Source: an uncultured Bacilli bacterium (lineage in GTDB: Bacteria; Bacillota_I; Bacilli_A; RF39; UBA660). Taken from it: a stretch of 64,000 bases of DNA. A program made the position numbers and the translations under genes. The stretch spans positions 70,850 through 134,849 of the forward strand of contig CAKPLY010000001.1 in NCBI GenBank assembly GCA_934167825.1, written 5' to 3'. Under the pieces are notes generated by a model that saw only the letters and a program-made list of their open reading frames with translations, was not told the origin of the DNA and did not search any database. Position 1 is the first letter of the stretch. Each line of letters opens with the position of its first letter. Positions 47,906-58,032 of this stretch are shown here, one piece after another.

Positions 47906-49102
47906 CTATATCTTTTTTCTAATTATATCATTTTTGTATAGTTTTTTATCTAATTTAATTTTAACTATTTGTTCTGGATGGTTGGCAACTTCAATTACGT
48001 TATCATCTATATCATACATTTTATCTATTTTAAAAGAAAATGTGTTAATGTTTGGTCCAAATACTTCTACTTCATCACCTTTTTTAAAGTAGTTTCTTTG
48101 AGTTATTGTAGCAAGCATTTTATCTTCATCGTAAGATAAGACTACTCCTAGGAAATCTTGATTTGATACTTCCATTCTACCTAGAAAATATTGTTCATCT
48201 TTAGTAGGTTCTTTATCAAAGAATTGGACTACACTATCTCTATTTGCAACTTTATCTAGTACTTTTTTATAATATGCTATTTTTTCTTTAGTTAGAACAT
48301 TATTATAATAATCATCTATAGCAGATCTATATGTATTTATTACTGTTGCTACATAATAGTTAGAACGCATACGACCTTCTACTTTAAGACTTGTTACACC
48401 AATAGATATTAATTCATCTAGTTTTTCTATCATAGATAAGTCTTTTGAACACATAGTAAATCTAGTATCGCTTTCTTGTTCTTTGTCTATATCAGCAAGG
48501 TCAAAGTCCCATCTACATACTTGGGCACATCCTCCTCTATTGGCATCTCTATTGGTAAAGTAGTTTGATAAGACACATCTACCAGAATATGATGCACACA
48601 TTGCACCGTGAATGAATACTTCTACTTCTATACCACATTTATCTATTATTTCTTTTATTTCTTCTTTGCTTAGTTCTCTTGCAAGTACTACTCTTTCTAC
48701 TCCAAGGTTCTTATAGAAATTAACAGAATACTTATTAGATATTGAACTTTGAGTAGACATATGAATATTTAAGTTAATGTTATTTTTTTTAACTATGTCT
48801 ATTACGCTTACATCACTTACTATGATAGCATCAACTTTAGCGCTTTCTAGTACTTTTAGGTATTCTACTATACCATCATAGTCTTCATTTAGGAATGAGA
48901 TATTTACAGTTACATATACTTTTTTATTTATACTATGAGCATAAGAACAAGCAAATATTATTTCTTCATCACTAAAGTTATCTGCGTTTGCTCTTAAACT
49001 AAATTTCTTTCCTCCAATATAACAAGCATCTGCTCCATACATAAAAGCAAATTTAAGTCTTTCTATGTCTCCTGCAGGAGATAATAATTCTACTTTTTGC
49101 AT
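47906..49102 (-). CDS. peptidase U32 family protein (YrrO/TrhP2-like)
   Basis: ELLSPAGD, GADACYIGG, and CRWDF/EGRMRS-type U32 motifs. 398 aa. Confidence 0.85.
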   Translation of the reverse strand: MQKVELLSPAGDIERLKFAFMYGADACYIGGKKFSLRANADNFSDEEIIFACSYAHSINKKVYVTVNISFLNEDYDGIVEYLKVLESAKVDAIIVSDVSVIDIVKKNNINLNIHMSTQSSISNKYSVNFYKNLGVERVVLARELSKEEIKEIIDKCGIEVEVFIHGAMCASYSGRCVLSNYFTNRDANRGGCAQVCRWDFDLADIDKEQESDTRFTMCSKDLSMIEKLDELISIGVTSLKVEGRMRSNYYVATVINTYRSAIDDYYNNVLTKEKIAYYKKVLDKVANRDSVVQFFDKEPTKDEQYFLGRMEVSNQDFLGVVLSYDEDKMLATITQRNYFKKGDEVEVFGPNINTFSFKIDKMYDIDDNVIEVANHPEQIVKIKLDKKLYKNDIIRKKI

Positions 49103-49971
49103 AATACTTTCCTCTTACTAGAGAAATCATTTATATAGTTATTAAACTTAGTTAAATCTATTACTTTACTTGATTCTATTATACTATTTAAGTCTTCATT
49201 GATGATAGAAAGTATTTCTTTTTTTCTAGAAGATTCGATGTTACTTTCTAGTACTATGATAATTAGATTATTTAATAATGCACGAATAGTAGTCATTAAC
49301 TCTCTATATAGATGGTATGCTTCTTCATCTATTTCGTTTAGTTTACTTTTATATTTATCTCTAAAGATATAGTTACTACTTCTTAATTCTAAAGGAATAG
49401 TTAATCTATAACAAGTAGATAACATTTTAAAGTCTTTATTTATCTTATCTAATAGTCTATTTATTACAGGTATATTTTCATGATATATCTTTAATGTATC
49501 TTTATCATTATTAAAATATGCGTATGGAAGTATTTTGTCATTAATAAGAAGTAATGTTTCTGCGCTTAATGACTCTATTGGATAAAGTAATTTTTCATTA
49601 GTTACAATATTTGTAAATAAACTTGTTATACCACTATTTAATCCTATACCGTTGTCTTTAGAGTCTACTACTCCATAACCTAGTTTTTCTCTATCATTTG
49701 AAGATACATGAAATAATCCTAAAACATCTCCCATATAACTATTTGAATATAATGTATTAGTATTGTTGTCATAGAAACATAAATATCTTTTATTATTTTT
49801 TTTACATATATTTAAGTCTCCAAGATTAGTTAGATAGTTTTTGTTTAGATTATCCATATTAAATCCTTTGATATACTCATTTACCATATAATAAGGATTA
49901 TCTATAAGTAATTTGTTTTTTTTATCTAACATTTCTTCTTTATTATAAAAATAATTTAGTCTACTTTTCAT
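49090..49971 (-). CDS. hypothetical protein embedded in the trmR-U32 operon
   Basis: 293-aa ORF overlapping the upstream gene by 4 nt and the downstream gene by 13 nt. No family recognised. Confidence 0.55.
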   Translation of the reverse strand: MKSRLNYFYNKEEMLDKKNKLLIDNPYYMVNEYIKGFNMDNLNKNYLTNLGDLNICKKNNKRYLCFYDNNTNTLYSNSYMGDVLGLFHVSSNDREKLGYGVVDSKDNGIGLNSGITSLFTNIVTNEKLLYPIESLSAETLLLINDKILPYAYFNNDKDTLKIYHENIPVINRLLDKINKDFKMLSTCYRLTIPLELRSSNYIFRDKYKSKLNEIDEEAYHLYRELMTTIRALLNNLIIIVLESNIESSRKKEILSIINEDLNSIIESSKVIDLTKFNNYINDFSSKRKVLCKK

Positions 49972-50765
49972 TTCTTCACCTTAAATATTGTCTTAGTATT
50001 ATAAAATCCTAAGTAATAATCCTTTCCGTCTTTATCTTTATTTATAAATTTATCTAGTACTTCTATATTATTATTAATATTTAAATCTATTACTAAATAA
50101 TCTATATCATTAATATTATCTATTTCATTAATTAAGTTTACTAAGTCACTATAGATAATAGTATTATTTTCTTCGCGTATAGTATATGTTTTATCACTGT
50201 TTGTTAAAGTATACATATTCTTAGTGTTAGGTTTATCTATATATTTAAAATAATTACTTAGTAACTTTCTTTTAGAACAAAATATCGGTATATTACCATA
50301 GATGGTATAAAAGATAGACATATTAGTATACTTTTTTATTTCTTTTATATCATCAATAGTTATATCACTAGTAATATATGTATTATTTATACCAAGACTT
50401 TTATAGAAATTATTACTTAGGGTACTTCTATTTAGATGATCTTTTGCTATTACTAGTTTATCTATTAGATTATACTTTTTAGATAATTCATATACTGCCA
50501 TATCATAGAATATTATATAATCTATACTATCATCTATCTTACTTAATACACTATCTAGTAAGTCTAAATCTTTATTATGCATTATTTTATTTAGTAATAT
50601 TATTTTCTTTTTATTTGTTTTAATATTTTTAATATAATCTATATCTAGATAAAAAGAAGAATATATGCTTAAATCCTTAACAGGATATATTATACCATAT
50701 ATATCTTTATTTATAAGTATATCTATATCATCAATGGTACTAGGTTTAACTAAAAACTTACTCAT
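49968..50765 (-). CDS. short U32-family protein (YrrN/TrhP1-like)
   Basis: 265 aa with position and size matching yrrN between yrrM and yrrO. Weak TIM-barrel-like pattern (IIFYDMAVYEL, TYITSDIT). Confidence 0.6.
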   Translation of the reverse strand: MSKFLVKPSTIDDIDILINKDIYGIIYPVKDLSIYSSFYLDIDYIKNIKTNKKKIILLNKIMHNKDLDLLDSVLSKIDDSIDYIIFYDMAVYELSKKYNLIDKLVIAKDHLNRSTLSNNFYKSLGINNTYITSDITIDDIKEIKKYTNMSIFYTIYGNIPIFCSKRKLLSNYFKYIDKPNTKNMYTLTNSDKTYTIREENNTIIYSDLVNLINEIDNINDIDYLVIDLNINNNIEVLDKFINKDKDGKDYYLGFYNTKTIFKVKK

Positions 50766-51342
50766 TACTTATCACTTTCCTTGATATTGCTATTTTGTCT
50801 CCTACGGGAATATATATAGTAGTAAACTCTTTATTGTTATCTAAAAACTCTATAAATAACTTTATTTTATTTACTATTCCTCTTTGATTTTTAGTCTTAA
50901 TAAGTGTAGAATCTTCTACTAGACCATGAAATGATAAATTATCAGTAATTATTACTCCATTAGTAGTTAAGTTATCTTTAAATAGATTAAAGAAATTTAT
51001 ATTATTTCCTTTACTTGCATCAATAAATATTAAATCATACTTAGAAGTAGTTTTATACTCTAATGCATCCATATTAATAATATTTATTCTATCACTTAAA
51101 TTAAATTTATCTATATTAGATACTGCTATAGTGTATCTATCTATATCTTTTTCTATAGTAGTTATTTTAATATCTTTATCTGTTAGTGCCATACATATAC
51201 TAGAATACCCTATCGCACTACCTATTTCTAATATATTTTTTATATTATTTTCTTTTATATAATTACACATATAATCTATACCATCTTTTAACATTATAGG
51301 TACTTTATTTATTTGTGCATACTTTATAATACTATCAAGCAT
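50758..51342 (-). CDS. class I SAM-dependent O-methyltransferase (YrrM/TrmR-like)
   Basis: ILEIGSAIGYS SAM motif I, DLIFIDASK. Heads the yrrMNO-like operon. Confidence 0.8.
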   Translation of the reverse strand: MLDSIIKYAQINKVPIMLKDGIDYMCNYIKENNIKNILEIGSAIGYSSICMALTDKDIKITTIEKDIDRYTIAVSNIDKFNLSDRINIINMDALEYKTTSKYDLIFIDASKGNNINFFNLFKDNLTTNGVIITDNLSFHGLVEDSTLIKTKNQRGIVNKIKLFIEFLDNNKEFTTIYIPVGDKIAISRKVISNE

Positions 51343-51369
51343 ATTATCCCTTCTTTAGTCCTATTGTAT

Positions 51370-51403
51370 CAAAAAACCCTTATAAAGTCTATATTATAAG
51401 GGT
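51370..51403 (-). terminator. rho-independent terminator after the 881-aa gene
   Basis: On the minus strand ACCCTTATAA...TTATAAGGGT is followed by T6. Confidence 0.8.
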
Positions 51404-51427
51404 AATTTAACGGATATTTTACATTTT

Positions 51428-54073
51428 TTATGAGGCAACTGTGAGTACGGCGCGGGTTGAAAATAAACTTGGAGGGAATTGCTGTCCTTGCATATAGCCG
51501 TTACTGAAATGTGTAAAAAAGATTCCAGCACTTGCTCCATTTCTGATTGCTCCCCCACGATTAAACCAAATTGAACTAACATATACATTATCTCCGTTCC
51601 ATCCGGTTTCAGTAGATAACACTACTTCACTTGTTGCATCTCCTAATCTTGCTCTATTATATGCTGTTTGATCATTAGTTGTTGTTCCATATGCATATGT
51701 TGTTATATATTTTGCAGTATCTGTACTATATGTAAAATTAGATCCTGCAGCTGCAGCGTAATAAGTATATGTTGTGCTTTTCTTGCTTGATGCATTTCCC
51801 ATTGTATGCTCATGAGCACCGCCTGACATATCGTATACTCCCGTAATATTACCTGTAGTAGATGCAAGTGCTCCTTTAGCGCCGTTATATTTATTTGCTG
51901 CAGTTGTGCATGTTGTACTAGAAGAACTATCTGCTTCAGCATCCGCGCCTATTCCTGTTGTAAAGAAACTGCAATTATTTATTGTTACTTCTGTACAGCT
52001 TCCATCTGTACATCTTCCATATTTAGAGTTAGTTAGATATGCTACTGCTCCCCACTCCATATTTGTTATCATATGAGAGTCAGCATTTGTTCTTGATGTT
52101 GATAGTCCATATATATTATTACTTGCTTGCATACCATATATTACTTTCCAAAAGTTAGATGCAGGATTTGCTCTCCAGCTTGTTACATTAGGTATTATTC
52201 TTGGTGTTAGTGATGTACTATTTCCTCCACCACTTGTAGTTGATGGTGAAGAACTTGATAATTCAAACTTACCCATCCAAAAACCTTTTAGTTCTTGGTC
52301 GCCAAAAGTAAATGCTGGGTGTGTATAATATCTTGTGCTAGAAGAGTCTGTACAGTTTTCTGCAAGTTCGTTTGCTAAGTTAATTCCTCCTGCAGAAGTA
52401 TCAACATTAAAGTTATATGTACAACTTATTGTACCAGTTGATGATGTATCATCTTCAAAAACTATATCTATTCCTGCTGTTTTAGCATCATATGTAGAGT
52501 TTCCTATTTGTTTACTCATATTCCATACTTTATATTTAAATCTTGGTATCCATACATAGAATGCTAAGATATCAGCATTTGCTATAGTTGTTCCTGCAGT
52601 AGAACTAGAATAAATTGCTCTTGAATTAGTTGTAGCTTTACCTGAAGCAAAATTATAATAAAGTTTTAGATTATCACATACTATACCACTACCACATACT
52701 GAAGTATTTGTTACACTATAATTACTTGCTACTTCTGCAGCAGTTAAAGCATCATTATATACTATAAATCTTTTTATTGTTCCACCAAAATTACCAGAAC
52801 CAGTTGGTCTTTTACCAATAAATGAAGAAGTAGATGATCCCCAAGTCCAATAGTTTACTGAAGAACTTGCAGATAATTTTTTTCCATTTAAATAGACATC
52901 TAAATCACTAAAACTACGATATACGATATCTACAGTATAAGTTGTATTTATAGATAGTCCACTTCCTCCTACTAAGAAAGTTTTAGGTTGTGCTTCTCCA
53001 TTACCTCCTGCTACAATAAATTCTGTAGCATTGTTATATATACCAAGAGCTGCTTTGGTATGGTAATCTCCAAAAATTACTTGATTTTCTTTTGAAGTTG
53101 TAGTAAATGTTACTGAGTATGTTGCTGGGAATGTTGCTCCAATATTTGAAGGTAGTTCTACATAAGTACTTGCATCATTTGTAATATTTAAACTGCCTGA
53201 AGAAATTGTTGTACCTACTAGTTTTCCAATATTGTTGTTTCCTGATAAGTCATTTGCATATGTAGTACCTTCACTTACTAATACTGCATTTGCCCATTTC
53301 TTTTGGTTATAGTCATACCAACCGTAAGTAGATGTAGAACTTGTAATATCTGCTTTTACCCAGTTAGAACCATTATATACTACTGGTATTAATCCATCTG
53401 TTAAAACTGGATAGTTTGCTCCACTATTATCTATTTTTTCAGTATATCTTGACATAGTATCACTTGCTTCAGCACTTATTAAAGTAGATATAAGTTCTCC
53501 AGATATTGGATTAGAGCCATCTACTGCGCTTGAATCTAACCATATGTATACTTTGTAATATGTTTGATAAGGGTTTAGTTCTATATTTGTAACTAAAGAA
53601 AATACATCATTTATTTGTCTATCTTTAAAGTTACCTTCTGCTAGTAGGGTTTCAGTAGTATTAGTAGCAGTATAAGTAGTTATTGCCCACTTAACTGTTT
53701 CACATTTAGCAATATTAGCATTATTAGTACTAGTACCATCTTTAGTTTGTAAATCTAATATTTTCATAGATAACTGACCATATATAGTTTTAGTTACTGT
53801 TGCTTTTTTCCAAAATTCTATAGTGGTACTTATACCTGAAGTATAATTATCTCCAAGAGTTAATGTTACATTATCTGTAGATAATATTGGATTACCATGA
53901 TTATATATTATTAATCCATCTAATCCTTTACTAATAGTTAAATTAACATTAGTGTTATCATCATTACTATTCCATAAATAAAATGCGTATGATATACTAA
54001 GTGCTAAAAGAATAAATCCTATTACTCCTAAAATAGTACCATATATTTTTCTTTTCTCTAAATTTTTAAACAT
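51428..54073 (-). CDS. N-terminally anchored surface protein: paralog of 8223..10139 with an inserted LamG/concanavalin-like domain and its own aberrant C-terminal patch
   Basis: Shares the N-domain, DNSGANYPVLTDGLIPVVY...KKWANAVLVS, ILAFYVWIPRFKYKVWN, YYTHPAFTFGDQELKGFWMGKFELSSS, NMEWGAVAYLTNSKYGRC, GVYDMSGGAHEHTMGN and NRGG...TRAVL. The ~200-aa insert ends in GGTIKRFIVYNDALTAAEVASNY, a LamG_3-like pattern. Confidence 0.8.
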   Translation of the reverse strand: MFKNLEKRKIYGTILGVIGFILLALSISYAFYLWNSNDDNTNVNLTISKGLDGLIIYNHGNPILSTDNVTLTLGDNYTSGISTTIEFWKKATVTKTIYGQLSMKILDLQTKDGTSTNNANIAKCETVKWAITTYTATNTTETLLAEGNFKDRQINDVFSLVTNIELNPYQTYYKVYIWLDSSAVDGSNPISGELISTLISAEASDTMSRYTEKIDNSGANYPVLTDGLIPVVYNGSNWVKADITSSTSTYGWYDYNQKKWANAVLVSEGTTYANDLSGNNNIGKLVGTTISSGSLNITNDASTYVELPSNIGATFPATYSVTFTTTSKENQVIFGDYHTKAALGIYNNATEFIVAGGNGEAQPKTFLVGGSGLSINTTYTVDIVYRSFSDLDVYLNGKKLSASSSVNYWTWGSSTSSFIGKRPTGSGNFGGTIKRFIVYNDALTAAEVASNYSVTNTSVCGSGIVCDNLKLYYNFASGKATTNSRAIYSSSTAGTTIANADILAFYVWIPRFKYKVWNMSKQIGNSTYDAKTAGIDIVFEDDTSSTGTISCTYNFNVDTSAGGINLANELAENCTDSSSTRYYTHPAFTFGDQELKGFWMGKFELSSSSPSTTSGGGNSTSLTPRIIPNVTSWRANPASNFWKVIYGMQASNNIYGLSTSRTNADSHMITNMEWGAVAYLTNSKYGRCTDGSCTEVTINNCSFFTTGIGADAEADSSSSTTCTTAANKYNGAKGALASTTGNITGVYDMSGGAHEHTMGNASSKKSTTYTYYAAAAGSNFTYSTDTAKYITTYAYGTTTNDQTAYNRARLGDATSEVVLSTETGWNGDNVYVSSIWFNRGGAIRNGASAGIFFTHFSNGYMQGQQFPPSLFSTRAVLTVAS

Positions 54074-54176
54074 AAATAATCACCCTACTTATATCTTAAT
54101 ATCTAAATATTACTTTATCATAAATTGAGAGAAAAGTAAATAATTTTAATACTTCTTTTTAGATTATTTTTTATAT

Positions 54177-54208
54177 AAAAATGCAAGAAATATTTATATT
54201 TCTTGCAT
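54177..54208 (-). terminator. terminator of rnj, with the stop codon in the hairpin loop
   Basis: On the minus strand ATGCAAGAAATA-TAAA-TATTTCTTGCAT is followed by TTTT. Confidence 0.8.
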
Positions 54209-55840
54209 TACTGTAATAATCATTGGTTTATTACCTGTTTCTTTAATTAAATAATTACTTAATTCTTCACGTATTAAATTTTTAATTTTATTATATTCTA
54301 TAAAGTTATTTTTAATATTATTATTTATTATTTTATTAGTTAATTCTTTTAGAGTATCAAGTAATTCTATACTATCTTTCACATAGACAAATCCTCTTGT
54401 TAATATTTCTGGTCCTGCTACTACTTTTTTAGTTTTCTTACTTAATGTAATACTAACTATCATAATACCATTATTAGATAACATTTCTCTATCTTTAATT
54501 ACTAATTCTCCTACATCATCACTACTTTTACCATCTATTGATATAGAACCTGTAGGTACTCTATCAAAACATTCTATTAATTTACCATCTTTAAAGATAG
54601 TTACATCTCCATTTTGTTTTAAAAGTATATTATCTATTGGAATACCTAATTTTTCTCCTAGAGAAGCATTAGCAACCATAAATCTATATTCTCCTCTTGC
54701 AGGATAATAATATTTAGGTTTCATTAAATCTATCATAAGCATTAAGTCTTCACTTGATGCATGATCTGATAAGTTTTTCTTTTTATCTAATGTTACTATA
54801 TTACATCCTACTTTTGCTAATTCATCAAGTAAATGATAATATGTTTTTTCTAAATCTTCATATACTTGTGTTGCTAAAAACACAGTATCATTTTCTCTTA
54901 GTTTAATAAATTTATCATAACCATTAATCATTTTAATAACGTTATAGTAAGGTTTTTCTCTTTCGTTAGAATTTAATATTACTACATTCTTATCATTTAT
55001 ATTAGATAAATCCCCAATAAACTTTCTATCTATTTTTAAATCTCCATTAATTAAGGCATTATCTACGATAGTTTGTAATTTCTTACCCATTACTACTATC
55101 TTCTTATCTGTCTTTGATACTTCATTAAATAATTCTTGTATTCTATATAAATGTGAATTAAGTACATTAAATATTATTCTACCATTACTAGTATTAAGTG
55201 TTTCTCTAATTAAATTATATATTCTATGTCTAGGACTAGTAAATCCTTCTTTTTCAGCATATAAACTTTCTGTTATTAAACAAAGTACTCCTTGTTTACC
55301 TATATATGCTAATTTACCTAAATCTGATCCATAACTACCATCCATTAATGGATCAAATACAAAATCACTTGCATAGAATATTACTCCATCTAATGTATAT
55401 ATTGCATAACCAAAATTACCTGGTATAGAGTGAGATAAACTAACTGGAAATATCTTTATTCTACCAACATTAAATGTTTTATGAGGTTTTACCTCAATTA
55501 AATTATCGGTGTTTAATTTATATGTACTAAATTCTTCTTTAAGTACTTCTAAAGTGAATTTAGAACCATATACTTTAACCCCTTCTAAATCATTAATTAT
55601 ATCTGCTACTGCACCTATATTTTCATCATGAGCATGAGTTAGAAATATTCCTTTTACTCTTTTAATATTATTCTTTAGATAATCTATATTAGGTATAATA
55701 TAATCTATTCCTAATGCTTCTTCACTACCATAATTAAGTCCTGCATCAAATACTAATATATCATCATCTATTTCTATTACATACATATTTTTACCATGTT
55801 CATTTTGTCCACCTAGTGCAAATAATTTTATTTTACTCAT
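54194..55840 (-). CDS. rnj: ribonuclease J
   Basis: KLFALGGQNEHGKNMYV, LTHAHDENIGAV (beta-CASP MBL), 548 aa. Confidence 0.93.
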   Translation of the reverse strand: MSKIKLFALGGQNEHGKNMYVIEIDDDILVFDAGLNYGSEEALGIDYIIPNIDYLKNNIKRVKGIFLTHAHDENIGAVADIINDLEGVKVYGSKFTLEVLKEEFSTYKLNTDNLIEVKPHKTFNVGRIKIFPVSLSHSIPGNFGYAIYTLDGVIFYASDFVFDPLMDGSYGSDLGKLAYIGKQGVLCLITESLYAEKEGFTSPRHRIYNLIRETLNTSNGRIIFNVLNSHLYRIQELFNEVSKTDKKIVVMGKKLQTIVDNALINGDLKIDRKFIGDLSNINDKNVVILNSNEREKPYYNVIKMINGYDKFIKLRENDTVFLATQVYEDLEKTYYHLLDELAKVGCNIVTLDKKKNLSDHASSEDLMLMIDLMKPKYYYPARGEYRFMVANASLGEKLGIPIDNILLKQNGDVTIFKDGKLIECFDRVPTGSISIDGKSSDDVGELVIKDREMLSNNGIMIVSITLSKKTKKVVAGPEILTRGFVYVKDSIELLDTLKELTNKIINNNIKNNFIEYNKIKNLIREELSNYLIKETGNKPMIITVMQEI

Positions 55841-55932
55841 TAAATTTCTCCTTTCTTAAAATTAATAAAAGTATAAAAGACTTTAACATTATATCATATT
55901 TATTATGTTTTGTAAATAAATGCTTTTATAAA

Positions 55933-55961
55933 ATCCCACGAAGGATATTCCTTCATGGGAT
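55933..55961 (-). promoter_or_regulatory. conserved 12-bp stem hairpin just 3' of the 359-aa gene, copy B
   Basis: On the minus strand ATCCCATGAAGG-AATAT-CCTTCGTGGGAT. One pair is G.U on the sense-strand RNA but C.A on the opposite strand. Followed by TTTATAAAA. Confidence 0.6.
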
Positions 55962-55967
55962 ACTCTG

Positions 55968-57038
55968 TTACATAGATACAGTATATGGATCATCAAATGT
56001 ACCTTCTCCTCCAGTTACTAGGACATTAGATTTTAGATAGAAGGTTGGACGGATGGTGTGGCAAAAACGCACGGTGTTGCTACTGACATACCCATCGGTA
56101 TAGACGTTGAAGGCACTATTGGTACTAGATCGTGGTGTTATTGTCCATTCATATCCTTTATATAACCAGTTTTTATTTACGTAATATTGTGATGATGCTG
56201 TAGTTGTTGCGGTATCTGCAAAGTAACTACTAGCATATAGATAATCTGATACGTACATTAATCCAACATTTGCAGTTGTAGTAGAATCATACGCTCCACT
56301 ATTAGCACTCATACAGTTTGTGGTATCTGTACTTAATCCTCTTTCACACAAGTAAAAATTTTGTTTGCTATATCCATTTCCACTGTATCCTTTTAGATAC
56401 CACGTTACTTCTTCGATATAGTTTCTATATGTATCATTTATTCCGTATCCTACAATATCACTGCAAGAAAATGTTTTGTAATCGTTATTGTTAAAGTAAT
56501 ATGTCCAGTTACTACATGCACCATAAGTGGAAGAAGTATTAGTTTTATTATAGAAGTATTCATTTAATATAACATTTGCACTTGCTTTTACTCCAGTTGT
56601 ATTTCCTGTCCAGTCGTTTTTATAACTAGAGTATGTACCTGAAGAGTTTGTAGAGTTATACACTCCCCAAGAACCAGAGTATAATACTCTACTTCTAATT
56701 AGTTTAACTAGATATTCTCCAGTTTTACCATGACTATTAGAATCAAATACTCCAATTATTCTATATAATTCATTATTAAATAGAACATAGTTACTTGGAT
56801 CTGCTCCACGATATCTATAATCGTGGTATTTAGTAGTACTATCAGTGTCAGTATAACTATTAGTTTTACATACTCCTGTTCCTCCAGCATTACATGCTGA
56901 AGATGTTTCTAAACTAATTACTTTATCTGCTAGAGTTGTACTTACTGCATATGTTTGGTTAATAATTTTAGGTATAATGATCGCAAGTATTCCTAATATT
57001 ACAATAGATATAGATATAATAGTAATTTTCTTATTCAT
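55968..57038 (-). CDS. anchored surface protein, short paralog of 58079..59692, with a DUF1566-like hypervariable C-terminal patch
   Basis: N-terminal TM helix. About 300 aa are near-identical to the C-terminal part of the 537-aa paralog, except for 56052-56132. ATG 57038 is preferred over 57047. Confidence 0.75.
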   Translation of the reverse strand: MNKKITIISISIVILGILAIIIPKIINQTYAVSTTLADKVISLETSSACNAGGTGVCKTNSYTDTDSTTKYHDYRYRGADPSNYVLFNNELYRIIGVFDSNSHGKTGEYLVKLIRSRVLYSGSWGVYNSTNSSGTYSSYKNDWTGNTTGVKASANVILNEYFYNKTNTSSTYGACSNWTYYFNNNDYKTFSCSDIVGYGINDTYRNYIEEVTWYLKGYSGNGYSKQNFYLCERGLSTDTTNCMSANSGAYDSTTTANVGLMYVSDYLYASSYFADTATTTASSQYYVNKNWLYKGYEWTITPRSSTNSAFNVYTDGYVSSNTVRFCHTIRPTFYLKSNVLVTGGEGTFDDPYTVSM

Positions 57039-57269
57039 TTTCAACATTCCTTCTTTCTTTAATTAATATATTATCAAGAATATTATTTAACTTATCTTTT
57101 AAATAATATTCTTCATACTTATTATCTTCATATTCTTTTTTTATTACCTCTAAATTATCTAAAATAATATAATTAATATGTAATTTTTTTAGTGTATTTA
57201 TTTTCTTTTTATTCTTAACATTTTACTTACTTCGTCATTATATATTTTTAATATCTTCCCATTTATAGA

Positions 57270-57620
57270 TTATTCACTGGATTTCATCCAGTCCTCAATC
57301 ATTTTTATTATTTCCGCGAGGCGTTTTGAATAATTATGTAATTTTTTTTCTGTTATATATTTTTTAGTGTAAGCACGTTCTAATAGAAAATCTATTATAC
57401 TTAATCTTGCAATTATTTGTGTTTGTACTGCTTTTTTATCTTTTTCATTAGCTGTTAAGGTTGCGGTGTACACAAGTAGCAATACATTTATTTCACATTC
57501 TTTAAAATATTCACGATTGAAAAGGTCCTTTTCCGGTACATTTTCAAATAATTTTTCACTATCTAATATAAATTTCTTTATACAAGATATTATTTTAAAC
57601 TTATCTTCATTGTAATTCAT
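57270..57620 (-). CDS. four-helix-bundle protein (23S rRNA IVS protein / DGR Avd-like family)
   Basis: 116 aa. NVPEKDLFNREYFKECEINVLLLVYTA....KK...Q.IIARLSIIDFLLERAYTKKYITEKKLHNYSKRLAEIIKMIEDWMKS follows the Avd/TIGR02436-type pattern I remember (..P..EK..L...i......ll.....A ... l..L ... kyIs...y..l...l.EI.KMi.gW). Confidence 0.6.
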   Translation of the reverse strand: MNYNEDKFKIISCIKKFILDSEKLFENVPEKDLFNREYFKECEINVLLLVYTATLTANEKDKKAVQTQIIARLSIIDFLLERAYTKKYITEKKLHNYSKRLAEIIKMIEDWMKSSE

Positions 57621-58010
57621 CTTCTATTACCTCAATTAATTTTTCTAAGATAGAAATATCTTCTGCTTTATTTATTTAATTTTCTATTCTATCTACTCTT
57701 TGTTTTATATCTTTATATTCAAGTGCTTGTTTTAACACTTTGTTATAGTTATTAAAATTACCATATTTTTTATGATCATAATGATCATTTTTATCTACTA
57801 TTTGATAATTAATTTTTTATCTTCAAGTGTATTTATTACTTTGCTTAGTGCAGTTTTACGGAAATCCTACTTTGTTATCTATTAGTGTTTTATAACCAAA
57901 TAGGTAATTTAATATTATTGCACTATCGTTATATGTATTATAAAATTTGCCAATTTTATATAATGTTATTGTTGCATCTATTTCTTTGTTTCTTGTTTTA
58001 GTTTTGACAT
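57607..58010 (-). pseudogene. frameshifted small gene with a MutS-domain-I-like N-terminus
   Basis: Pieces in three frames read MSKLKQETKK / IDATITLYKIGKFYNTYNDSAIILNYLFGYKTLIDNKVGFP / KTALSKVINTLEDKKLIIK / QIVDKNDHYDHKKYGNFNNYNKVLKQALEYKDIKQRVDRIEN / INKAEDISILEKLIEVIEDELQ. LYKIGKFY..Y.DSA...VGFP..AL...I..L aligns by eye with MutS LFYRMGDFYELFYDDA...AGIP.HA...YL.KL. Only one 73-aa piece (57856..58077) appears in the ORF track. Confidence 0.4.
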
Positions 58011-58032
58011 TGTTGTGGCGTTCCTTTCGATT

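Noticed and set aside
57048-57269. Gap between the Avd-like gene and the next gene, where a template repeat would be expected. It contains an ATG-less open frame of ~50 codons (…LEVIKKEYEDNKYEEYYLKDKLNNILDNILIKERRNVENE).
   Set aside because: It is very AT-rich and shows no similarity to either variable patch or to RT motifs. At most it is an unidentifiable gene remnant.
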